Source: Octopus sinensis (lineage: Eukaryota). Taken from it: DNA of 64,000 bases. Position numbers and translations under genes: made by a program. The notes beneath the pieces are model-generated. The model searched no databases. It was not told the origin of the DNA and saw only the letters and a list, made by a program, of their open reading frames with translations. Within the stretch, counting starts at the first letter, position 1. Every line of letters begins with the position of its first letter. The stretch spans positions 90,768,001-90,832,000 of the forward strand of contig NC_043004.1 in NCBI RefSeq assembly GCF_006345805.1, read 5' to 3'. Positions 54,090 to 64,000 of the stretch are shown piece after piece.

Positions 54090-54099
<10 letters not shown>
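53695..54099. mobile_element. Penelope-type inverted terminal-repeat remnant (palindrome with two hammerhead motifs) inside (TA)n
   Basis: 53772-53932 pairs with 53935-54099; HHR CCAC-CTGAAGA-TTGTC(GATCAA)GACAA-GAAAAC-GAT-GTA-GTGG at 53964-54006 and its mirror at ~53866-53906. Confidence 0.75.
53964..54006 (+). ncRNA. Minimal type I hammerhead ribozyme motif
   Basis: Helix I CCAC/GTGG, core CUGAAGA, helix II TTGTC/GACAA, GAAA(A)C, GUA cleavage triplet; one extra A relative to consensus. Confidence 0.7.
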
Positions 54100-54130
<31 letters not shown>

Positions 54131-54148
54131 TATAATATATATATTTAT

Positions 54149-54188
<40 letters not shown>

Positions 54189-54438
54189 GGTGTGTGTGTG
54201 TGTTGTGTATGTATGTATGTATGTATGTATGTATGTATATATGTATGTATATATTTCCTTTCCTTACCAGACCATCAGATGCTGCTACACATCGCTGGTC
54301 ACAATGCTTTCGCATTGTTTTAGCCTTCGAATGACGCCACCCTGCTGGCTAAGCGAGCAGGCCAATGTATGTATATATATATATGTTGAGTGTGAGTGTA
54401 TATATATACACACACACACACACACACATACACACACA

Positions 54439-55015
54439 CACAGAGGCATGCAGGAAGTAAATAGACACCTTTAATTTTCAAAACTTCTGATCTAAGTGTC
54501 TTAATATGTTTTCAGCAGGTGTAGAATTTACAATGTAATTATTCTTTTTCATTCCAGGTGCCATTATATTAAACATTTGCGAAGAGTAACCATGCCATGC
54601 ACAAAAAATTCAGCAGAACTGTCAGATTTTCAAAGAGGTCGTATTGTTGGGCAATCTGAGGCTGGTCTTAGCCAGTGAAAAATTGCCGAAAATCTTCAAA
54701 TTCCTCTTGCTACTGTTAATAGAATTATAGTGCAATTCAAAAGCCAAGGAAAAGAAACAACATATTCTCATCCCAGCCGACCTGGTCCCTTGGAAAGGAA
54801 GCTTTGTTGTTTGAAGAGAATTGTGGAAAACAAACCCTATTCAAAGGCTTCTGACTTTGCAAAACAGCTAGAAGTTAGTCCAAGAACGTGTGTTACATAT
54901 CAGCATAAGCTTGGGTATTATGGATGAGTAGCTAGAAGAAAACCTCTCCTTCAACGAATTAATATCAAAAGACTTTGAAAATTAAGGGTGTCTATTTACT
55001 TCCTGGACGTCTGTG
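54439..55015 (+). mobile_element. Internally deleted Tc1-like transposon
   Basis: TIRs cacagag..caggaagtaaatagacacc.ttaattttcaaa / tttgaaaattaagggtgtctatttacttcctggacgtctgtg followed by TA; broken HTH frame from 54592: [45 protein letters not shown]. Confidence 0.85.
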
Positions 55016-55024
55016 TATATACAT

Positions 55025-55590
55025 ATACAGGGGGTTTGGGCTAAATTTCATGATCTTTCATATCTTTTTTTTTTTTTGTAGCTAAAGCTTGATGTATTGG
55101 CAAATAGTCAATGGTATTGGAGAATATAAAGATTAAATGGTGCAGCTGAGAAAAAGTTTGCTGACGTGGAGGACTGGATGCCATCTGAATATTGAGAAAG
55201 AGTTACCTGTATCAGGATGATTAATGCTGGTATCAAAATTCCAACCAGTAGCATGGCTGCTGTTCAATGCTCTGTGAACAATATAAAGGCTGTAAGACAT
55301 GATATGGACAGCTGCAATGGAGACTACGAAGCTGTGACGAGCAGGAAGGGACATTCTCACTGCATCCCACACTGGAATTCATCTAACAATTGATGAATAG
55401 GGCCTTAAGCTATATGAAGCTACTGGAGACTGAAGTCACATCCTGGCAGGAGAGAGTTGCCGCTGGAAAGCCATATGTGTGACAGCAAGATTCAGCTTCT
55501 TGCCATACTTCCGGAAAGAGTCAGAAGTGGTTGTCAGAGAATTTCTATGACTTAATCAAACCCAATTTTTCCTAATTATGCCTCCTAATG
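55025..55590 (+). mobile_element. Tc1/mariner-superfamily transposase remnant
   Basis: ERVAAGKPYV*QQDSASCHTSGKSQKWLSENF at ~55450-55550 (QQDxAPxH motif); left boundary uncertain. Confidence 0.55.
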
Positions 55591-55646
55591 ATGATGATTT
55601 TATCCATAGATTACTGTGTATATGTGTGTGTGTGGGTGTGGATGTA

Positions 55647-55725
<79 letters not shown>

Positions 55726-55761
55726 GTGTGTGTGTGTGTGTGTGTGTGTGATAAGTATATG

Positions 55762-56402
55762 TCATCATCATCATCATCATTTAGCGTCCGTTCTCCATGC
55801 TAGCATGGGTTGGATGGTTCAACTGGGGTCTGTGAAGCTGGAAGGCTTCATCAGGCCCAGTCAGATCTGGCAGTGTTTCTACGGCTGGATGCCCTTCCTA
55901 ACGCCGACCACTCCGTGAGTGTAGTGGGTGCTTTTTACGTGCCACCCGCACAGGTGCCAGACAGAGCTGGCAATCGGCCACGAACGGATGGTGCTTTTAC
56001 GTGTCACCGGCACGGGGCCAGGCGAGGCTGGCAACGGACACGAACGGATGGTGCTTTTATGTGCCACCAACACGGGGGCCAGACAGAGCTGGCAAACGGC
56101 CACGGAACGGATGGTGCTTTTACGTGTCACCAGCACGGGGGCCAGGCGAGGCTGGCAACGGACACGAACGGATGGTGCTTTTACGTGCCACCGACACGGG
56201 GGCCAGACAGGGCTGGCAAACGGCTACGAATGGATGGTGCTTTTATGTGTCACCTGCACGGGGGCCCTGATGTTGATCGACCTCAATTTGGTTTGATTTT
56301 GATTTTGACTGTTCTCACTGGTCTTGCCGGGTTTTCTCACGCACAGCATACTTCCAAAGGTCTCGGTCACTGGTCATTTCCTTGGTGAGACCTAAAGTTC
56401 GA
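55762..56402 (-). mobile_element. RTE 3'UTR copy with 6 internal ~60-bp units
   Basis: (CAT)n tail at 55762; units ggatggtgcttttacgtg..accggcacggggcca. Confidence 0.85.
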
Positions 56403-56443
56403 ATATATATATATATATATAATATATATATATATACATATAT

Positions 56444-59287
56444 AGGTTATAAGAGATAATGGTGTCATTGAGACCCGAAGGTGTCAGGTAATGCTGAATA
56501 AGTGCTATAGACAGACAATAGTTAAGTTCCAGATTCAGTAATATTGCGAATAAAGGGTTCAACGTTGGTTCTATGTCAGCGTGTGTATATAAGAATTTTT
56601 TGCATAATAAGATATAAAAAAACCAAGGCTATATAGCTATTTGAGCATTTATAGATAGAAGGTCTTACAGCTGTTTCTTGGATATTAATTAATTATATCA
56701 ATTCATTGGAGACGGTGTGAGAGGGAAAATTAAGTCCTAGTTAGTTTCGATGTGATACAAATAGAGAGTGAGGTGGAGGAAAGAAAATCAGCTTTTTGTT
56801 TTGGCTTGTTAATGGCCTGCCTGAGTGTACCTCACTATCTACTGAGGTGTGGCTATGCTTGAAGTGGCTGGATCACCTCTTTTATCTGAGTTTTTCCCAT
56901 GGCATCATTACCAAAGGCCTGCTGAATCATCTGGATTGTTTGAGCTTGAGTATCACCAAGCTTTTGGCAAAACTTGATGCAATCTCTGCTCAATGTGTTC
57001 AGTGAAAATGAAAATCCAACCACTGTGCACAACATATTTGTACTCTAGAGTACATATTTGTACTCTAGGAGTAACGGCTGAGAACTGATGCAGCTTACTG
57101 GCATGACATTTTTTATGAATGCACAAGAAGGTTGGCATTAATTATGGCAGGAAAAAATAAAGTCAGATACCTTTTGAACACATCTCATATGTCTACTGGG
57201 CAGTATGGTGACATTTTGATGTGAAAACAGATGCTTGCTTGCTTGTCTGAGTTCATGGACATCCCAAATTAGGGGATGTTGAAAGCATATGTCAATTAGT
57301 GAAATTGGGTAGTTCCTGGTGATGAGTATATCCTTTAGTTCATGTAGTTGTGTGCCCCTGGTGCTTAAATTTGAAACTATAGTATATATCCTTTTCGCTA
57401 GGTTGAAGGGGATATTCATTCTGGTGTGTCTGGGGTGGCATGAGTTGAATGGTAGATATTGCTTGGAGTCCGTGGGCTTATAGTATATATCTGTTTCTAT
57501 TATGTTGTTAGATTTCTTAATGAAGATGTCGAGGAATCCCATCATGAATTGAATGTTTATGTCCAGTCCATTTATAAGTGCTTGAAATTCTTTAAGTCTC
57601 TCTATACTTGCATGCCAAAGAATAAAACAATCATCCAGGTATCTCTTCCAGTTATTCTCTTTGTAGTGGGAGAATGGATCGCCATATTTTTCTAGAACCT
57701 TATGATAAAGACTAATTTCTAGATATCCCATGACTAAGTTAGCAAAGGAGGGAGCCATTCTCGTACCCATTGCAGTCCCTGATTTTTGTTGATAGAAGTT
57801 GTCTTTGAAGATGAAGTAGTTATTCTCCAAGATAAATTTTAGCCCTTCTATCACAAATTCTTTTTTTATGCGATGTGGGAGTTCATTGGCATAATTCTCT
57901 AACCAGAATTGAATTGCCTCTATTCCTAGGTTGTGGGGGATATTGGAATAGAGGTTGACCACATTGAACGATACTAGTAGGGTGTTTTTGTTTATTGTTT
58001 CAGTAAGGTGATTGAGCATATCCAGGTCGTTCCTTATGTGGCTTTTGACATACTTGAGGAATGGTTTTAAGAGGGTATCTAAAAAGTTTCTGAAGTGTTG
58101 GGTTTTGCATGTGGGACCTGCAATTATAGGTCTCAATTGGAGGTCATTACCAGTAGGGACTTTGATTATTACGCCTGTGGCTATCCTGCATGTGTTACTT
58201 GTTTTCTCACTTTTGTGTATCTTGGGAATATCTTAGAATTGATTGGTTTTACTTTTGAAATTGGTCATATAGTCATATTCTTTGTTGGTGAGACCTTCTC
58301 TGTATAGGTTTAACATGGATTTTAGGTCTCTCATTATTTTCTGCTGACTGTGGTGTTGGACTTTTTCATAATATGTTGTGTCTTCTAATATGGATAGTAC
58401 TAGAGTTATATAGCATACCGTGTCCATTAAGACAACTGCACTCCCTTTATCAGCCTCTTTGATTGTTGTGTTTTGTCATCTTTTAATTTGTTCATCTCAG
58501 CCCATTCTTTTTTGCTGAAGTTTGGTTTGTGTTTTTGTTTGTGCATATGTTGATATGAGTAATTCAAGATGTATTCACAGAAATGATCAAGAGTTTTGTT
58601 CTTATCTTTTGAGGAGGTGTAGTTACTTTTATTTCGGACCAACGATTGTCCTTGTTGTATTTGTTGTATAGCTCCTCAGCAAATTGTAACTTTCTACAGA
58701 ATTCCGTGATGTCTTCTTTCATTTCGTTGTAGTTGGGGCATTGTGGGGTGGGTGTACAGTTGAGCCTTTTGGAGAGCATATTGATTTGGTTTGCTGTTAG
58801 TTCTTTGTGAGTTAGATTGATAATTTTTATCACTTTTGGTTCCTCCTGTCTGTTTGGTGCTATCTCATGTCTCTGTGTTTGTGTATTGGGTCTAAAAAAT
58901 GATTGCGGTGGTTGGGACAGTAGCTGTTATGTTGTTGTTCCTTATTGCTACGGGGTGCTGTGTTGTGATTTATGGTGAAGGCTCTTGGAATGGTATTGAA
59001 AAGTGTGTCCTGATATCCCATGTTCGGACGTTGTGTTTTAGGGGGCCATCGTTGGTAATTATTGCGTGTGGTATGGGTTTGTTGTACATGGTTGTTTAGT
59101 AGATTGTTGGAGCGAAGATTTCGTTGGTAACTCCTTATGGGGGGAGGAGGTTGCAATGTCTATGCTGAGAGTAGTGATTTTTCCTTTCTCTGTTTGAAGT
59201 TAGGGTACTCCTGATATTGTATTGCTGGTGGCTTACAACCTTAGGGTTAGGTCCTATATTCTTTTTTTGGTAGGGGTGATGGTTCCA
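56444..59287 (-). mobile_element. Penelope-like retroelement (frameshifted RT; GIY-YIG region missing)
   Basis: Broken ORFs from 59156 to 57138: IINLT..LT..Q..MLSK.L..TPTP; FYQQKSGTAMGTRMAPSFANL; WKRYLDDCF; TDIYYKPTDSKQYLPFNSCHP; (TA)n at both ends; degenerate HHR at 56662-56713(-). Confidence 0.9.
56790..57190 (-). mobile_element. Mariner 5'-end fragment nested in the Penelope element
   Basis: - strand TA + tgagatgtgttcaaaaggtatc TIR-like end; HTH CIKFCQKLGDTQAQTIQMIQQAFGNDAMGKTQIKE. Confidence 0.75.
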
Positions 59288-59354
59288 TTTATATATATAT
59301 GTCTGCTATAATGAATCCACAAACACATACAAAACATCCAAGGGTATATTTCTT

Positions 59355-59440
59355 TCCCTCTGAAGATATTATGCTCAGGTCATATAAATTTATCATTTAC
59401 TTAAAATTTACTGAATATTAATTGAAACAGCTGTAAGGGA
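59355..59440 (+). ncRNA. Type I hammerhead ribozyme motif with long helix II
   Basis: Helix I TCCCT/AGGGA, core CTGAAGA (59360-59366), GAAAC-AGCT-GTA (59424-59435); lies in a ~200-bp segment between (TA)n runs. Confidence 0.75.
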
Positions 59441-59516
59441 TGAGGATTAATCTGCTGTTGATAATAAATTATTATTAACTTTCCGATCTCCATTTTCTTT
59501 TTCTTATATATATATA

Positions 59517-59921
59517 AGGCGCAGGAGTGGCTGTGTGGTAAGTAGCTTGCTAACCAACCACATGGTTCCGGGTTCAGTCCCACTGCGTGGCATCTCGGGC
59601 AAGTGTCTTCTGCTATAGCCCCGGGCCGACCAATGCCTTGTGAGTGGATTTGGTAGACGGAAACTGAAAGAAGCATGTATATATGTATATATATATAAGT
59701 GTGTGTGTGTATATGTTTGTGTGTCTGTGTTTGTCCCCCTAGCATTGCTTGACAACCGATGCTGGTGTGTTTACGTCCCCGTCACTTAGCAGTTTGGCAA
59801 AAAGAGACCGATAGAATAAGTACTGGGCTTACAAAGAATAAGTCCCGGGGTCGATTTGCTTGACTAAAGGTAGTGCTCCAGCATGGCCACAGTCAAATGA
59901 CTGAAACAAGTAAAAGAGAGA
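59517..59921 (+). mobile_element. SINE family A
   Basis: Near-identical to other copies; flanked by (TA)n. Confidence 0.9.
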
Positions 59922-59923
59922 GA

Positions 59924-59962
<39 letters not shown>

Positions 59963-60659
59963 CATACTAACACAAATATCCTATATCAAAGATACAAATC
60001 TGAGTTATAATGTGTGCATGCAAGTACGTGTGGTTATATATATACTGAATATTTGATGTTGGGTCAATTGTGATGGTTAAGAAAGAAGATTGTCCAAAGA
60101 AACCTGACACCACAATTAAATTTTCATTGTAGAAATGCATATATTAACTCCAAAATGTGTTTTATTCATAGCAACAATTATGTCTGAATGTAATAGAAAA
60201 TGTATATGAGTCTCAATGAATATCAGGATCTAAGAATATTTAGCAGAAGGAAGTTCTGATTGAATAGGACTTCAGCCCAGAATCAAATAGTATGAAAAGT
60301 TGCAGAACTGGTTAGAACTCAAAATGAAAATATGCTGACATGTGTGTTATGAAACGCAGAATACATAAGCTTGTGGATAGAGGCCAAATTAAGAGTACAT
60401 GTGTGTGTACATACAAAACAGATGATAGTCAATCATTATTAAGTTTGTTAACATTTTAACATTATATAATAATTGTAAACAAGTCGATGATGCAGGGCTG
60501 TTGCAACAGTAAAACCATGGAATGCCTGATGAATCAAATAACAAGTGGAACTACTGTGAGTAAAATAATAATGAATGAAAATGTCTTGAATTTGAAGGTT
60601 GGAAATGCTTGATTGGTTATTCCTTTGTGAAATGCTTTTATGAGTTGGTTGTTGTTAAG

Positions 60660-61110
60660 TTAATTTTTTGGCTCAAAAAGCAAAAAGCAAGGCCATGTAG
60701 GGGGACATAGATTTTTATGTACAGGGAGGGTGTTCATGCAAAGAGTTCAGGCCATTTCTGGTCAAGGGAGACTTTGAACCGAGCGGTCATTGGCATCTTC
60801 ACTATCTCGTGTGGCAGCTTATTCCACGGATCCGCAACCCGTACGGAGAAAGCCCCTCTCCTTCGATTGAGATGAAATCGTTGCAGATAGAGCTTTTCGG
60901 AGTGACCCCGCAGCCGACGCTCTGGAGCAGGAGTGAAGAACAGCTCTTTCGAGAGGTTACACTTTCCGCTTATGATGTTGTGAGCAAGAATGAGATCACC
61001 ACGGCATCGTCGTTTTTCTAGAGAATAAAGGTCGAGCGTCTTCAGCCTTTCTTCATAAGACAAATGCTTGAGACCAAGAACCATGCGGGTAGCCAGCTTC
61101 TGGACTCTTG
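60660..61110 (-). mobile_element. CR1 LINE 3' end (second family)
   Basis: ORF 60734-61084(-): LSYEERLKTLDLYSLEKRR.RGDLI...LRGHSEKL...FSVRVADPWNKLP. Confidence 0.9.
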
Positions 61111-61579
61111 ATATGAAACAGAAATTGCTGTTTTTGATATTTGAATTGATCCTTTGGAAAGGGGCTACTTGTTATGTGCTTAGTTTTCAAGATGACACAA
61201 ATATAATTAACTTCCTATATATATAGCTTTGAACCTAAAGGCTAGTAAATATCAACTATATAGCAAACCATCAACAGCCTCCCAATACAATAAAAAATTC
61301 AGTTTACAATATAAGCATGTCTAACATATACTCAGAGTAAACAGCCTCAAAAATGCTGCCAGAGTATTCAAAGAAAAAAAAAATCATAGACTTTTCGAAG
61401 CACAAGCCATAATGAAACAAACATAGATAATACTTAATTATCTTGTTTAATATGACCTTTAATAAAAAATGTAAAATCTCACATACTGTTAGCAATCTCT
61501 TAACTCTAGTTAAAAACAACAACAACAAAACTACAAACTTACCAACATGTAAGATATACCATAATTCCTGAAACAAGTA

Positions 61580-64000
61580 AGTTAGCAATGAGTGCAGTGG
61601 AACCTCTGTCAGACTGAAGGAAAACCAGAACATCTGATTTGATAGATTTATTGGAGAAGAAAGCAACAGATACAGTAGAATTTTTAGCAGACTGGCAGAG
61701 AACCAAGGCTTCACATGTGATAGATTTATGGAAGGTAGCTATAGGTGCAATGGAATGACTGACAGACTAACAGAGAACCTGGGTTTTGGATGTGATAGAT
61801 ATTGAAGCTAACAGTGTACAGAATGCAATCTCTGGCAGATTAAGAGAAAACCAGGTCTTCAGATATGATAGATATATTGGAGTAGACAGCTGTTAGTTCA
61901 GTGGAATGTCTGACTGGCCAACAGAGAACCAGAGCTTCAAATATGATAGATCTATTGCAGAAGATAGTAGTAGAAATAGTGGAATCTGAGGCAAATTGAG
62001 AGAGAAACAGGTATTGAGATTGATAGATGTATTGGAAACAATAGAAATAGATACATTGATGGAATACAAGAGCTTCAAATATGATTGATTTACTGGAAAA
62101 TAAAGAAGTAGACACAATCAAATCTCTGGTAGAGTGAGAGAGCCAACTCTTCAGGTGTAACAGATATATTGAAGAACACAGCAGGAGATAGGGTGGAATG
62201 CTTGCCTGACTGACAGAAAACCAGGACTTTTGCTGGGATGGATTTATTGGAGACAACAGCAGTCAGTACTGTGGAATCTTTGGAAATCTCAAAGAACCAG
62301 AGCTTCAGAGTTATATTTACTGCAGAAAATAGTAGGAGGTATGATAGAATCTTTGACATAATGGTAGGGAAATAAGTCTTCAGATGTGATAGCTGTATTG
62401 CATCATATAGTAGAAAATACAATATAATGATTGGCAGGCTGACAGAGAGTCAGGCCTTCACATAATAGATATAGAAGATAGCAGTGTATATATTAGAATC
62501 TCTGGCAGACAGCAAGAGAACAAGGGATTGAGATATGATAGCTGCCCTTAGGAAGACAGTGGTAAGTTTAGTGGTATCTTTGGTAGAGTGAAGGAGAACA
62601 TGGGCTTCAGATGTGAAAGATGTATTGAAGAAGACAGCAGTTGACAGAGTGGAATCTTTGGCTAACTAACAGAGAACTAGGACTTTAGATGTGAAGATTT
62701 ATTGGAAAAGATAGCAATAGATAGAGTGGAATATTTGCTAGACTATCAGAGAATCACAGATTTTTGGAGAAAACTGCCATAGATACAGTGGAATCTTTGC
62801 ATATGAACAGAAATCAAGATTTCTGTGACAGATTTATTAGAGAATATAGTTACAGGTATAGTGGAATCCTTGGCTGACAACTAAGAGCCAGGACTTCAGA
62901 TGTGATAGACATGGGAGAAGACAGCAGTAGGTACAGTGGAGTCTCTAGAAAATTGAAGGAGTAATCAGAGCTTGAGATGTGATGGATATGGGAGAAGACA
63001 GTAGAATGGAATCTCCAGCAGACAGAGAATCAGGGATTAAAATGTGATTACTATACTTGGGAAGACAGCAACAAAAGTGTAATGGTGTCTTTGGCAAACT
63101 GACAGAAAACAAGGGCTTCAAAAGCGAAAGATGTATTAGAGAAGAGAAGAAAATCTACTGAGAAATTTTAGGCAAACAAACAGAGTGCTAGTGCTTCAGA
63201 CATGTTATATATTTTGTAAAAAGATAACTGCAGATGGAATAGATCATTTATTAAATAAAAAGAGAACCAGGATTTCAGATATGAAAAACTAAATGGAGAA
63301 TAAAGCAGTAGATAATGTGGAATTTTTGGCAGAAAGAGAAAGAACAAGGTCTTCAAATGTGATAGGCATAGATGAAGATATCATTGTGTATGCTGACATC
63401 TCTGTCAGACTGACAGAGGTTTGATACAAAGAGGAGAATATAGTAATGAGTACAGTAGAATCTCTGGCAAAATGACAGAGAATGAGGGTTTCAGATGTGA
63501 TGGATATGGAGAAGATAGTAGTAAGTACAATGGAATCCCTAAAAGACTGATAGGGAACCAGGACTTTAGAAGTGGTAGCAGTGGATATAATGAAATCTCT
63601 GGCTGACTGGTCGAGTATCAGGCCTTCAGATGTGATAGATTTGTTGGAGCAGATGGCACTAGCTCTGGCTGAATATTTGGCAAATTGGCAGAGTACTAGG
63701 ACTTCAGATGGGATAGATATATTGGAGAAAATATTGATAAGTACAGTACAATCTCTGGCAGACTGACTGAGTAGCAGTGCTTCAGATGTGTTTGATCTAT
63801 TAAAGATAATGGTATGTACAGAGGAATTTCTGTCACCCTGTCAGAGGACAAGGGCATTAAACATGATAGATTTTTTTGAGAGGATAGCAGCAGATAAGGT
63901 GGAATCTCTGGCAGAAGTCAAAGTACCAGAGCTTTAAGTGTATTAGATATGGATGAATATAGCAATAGGTGTAGTAGTGTCTCTGACAGACAGACACTTA
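61580..64000. repeat. Diverged ~78-bp tandem satellite (~30 copies, runs off the window end)
   Basis: Consensus ~cagtggaatctctggcagactgacagagaaccagggcttcagatgtgatagatttattggagaagacagcagtagata; unit starts at 61595, 61673, 61748. Confidence 0.85.

Noticed and set aside
55925-56270. CRISPR-like repeat-spacer pattern
   Set aside because: The spacers are homologous to each other and the array is part of an RTE LINE 3'UTR
57138-58136. Intact host gene or telomerase (332-aa ORF)
   Set aside because: Penelope RT fragment; upstream frames are broken, the first catalytic Asp region reads SFNV, and the end runs into a mariner remnant
61580-64000. CRISPR-like array or C2H2 zinc-finger cluster
   Set aside because: Whole units are homologous with no unique spacers; eukaryotic context with no cas genes; no CxxC...HxxxH pattern or 84-bp period

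Overview
AT-rich, microsatellite-dense eukaryotic DNA. The SINE/LINE repertoire is consistent with an octopus (coleoid cephalopod); that assignment is from family recognition, not a search. The only host gene I can support is the 3' end of a receptor-type protein tyrosine phosphatase on the + strand: five GT-AG exons (178-312, 1330-1464, 2834-2985, 6279-6414, 11260-11313) encoding a D2-type domain and ending at TGA 11311-11313. The remaining ~52 kb is probable 3'UTR and intergenic DNA filled with mobile elements: three tRNA-derived SINE families, CR1-, RTE-, Tx1- and RLE-type LINE fragments, a Penelope-like element, Tc1/mariner remnants and a MITE, a non-autonomous Helitron, and tandem repeats (32-bp, ~35-bp purine-rich, ~78-bp). 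Most notable: (i) five minimal hammerhead-ribozyme motifs in four distinct Penelope-type sequences, all next to (TA)n runs; (ii) a Tx1 LINE inserted inside (TA)n; (iii) a perfect 52-bp inverted repeat flanked by a 12-bp direct repeat, whose left boundary coincides with the donor end of a ~197-bp segment copied 5.7 kb away; (iv) several other local templated duplications. Most ORFs in the supplied track are repeat-derived or spurious.
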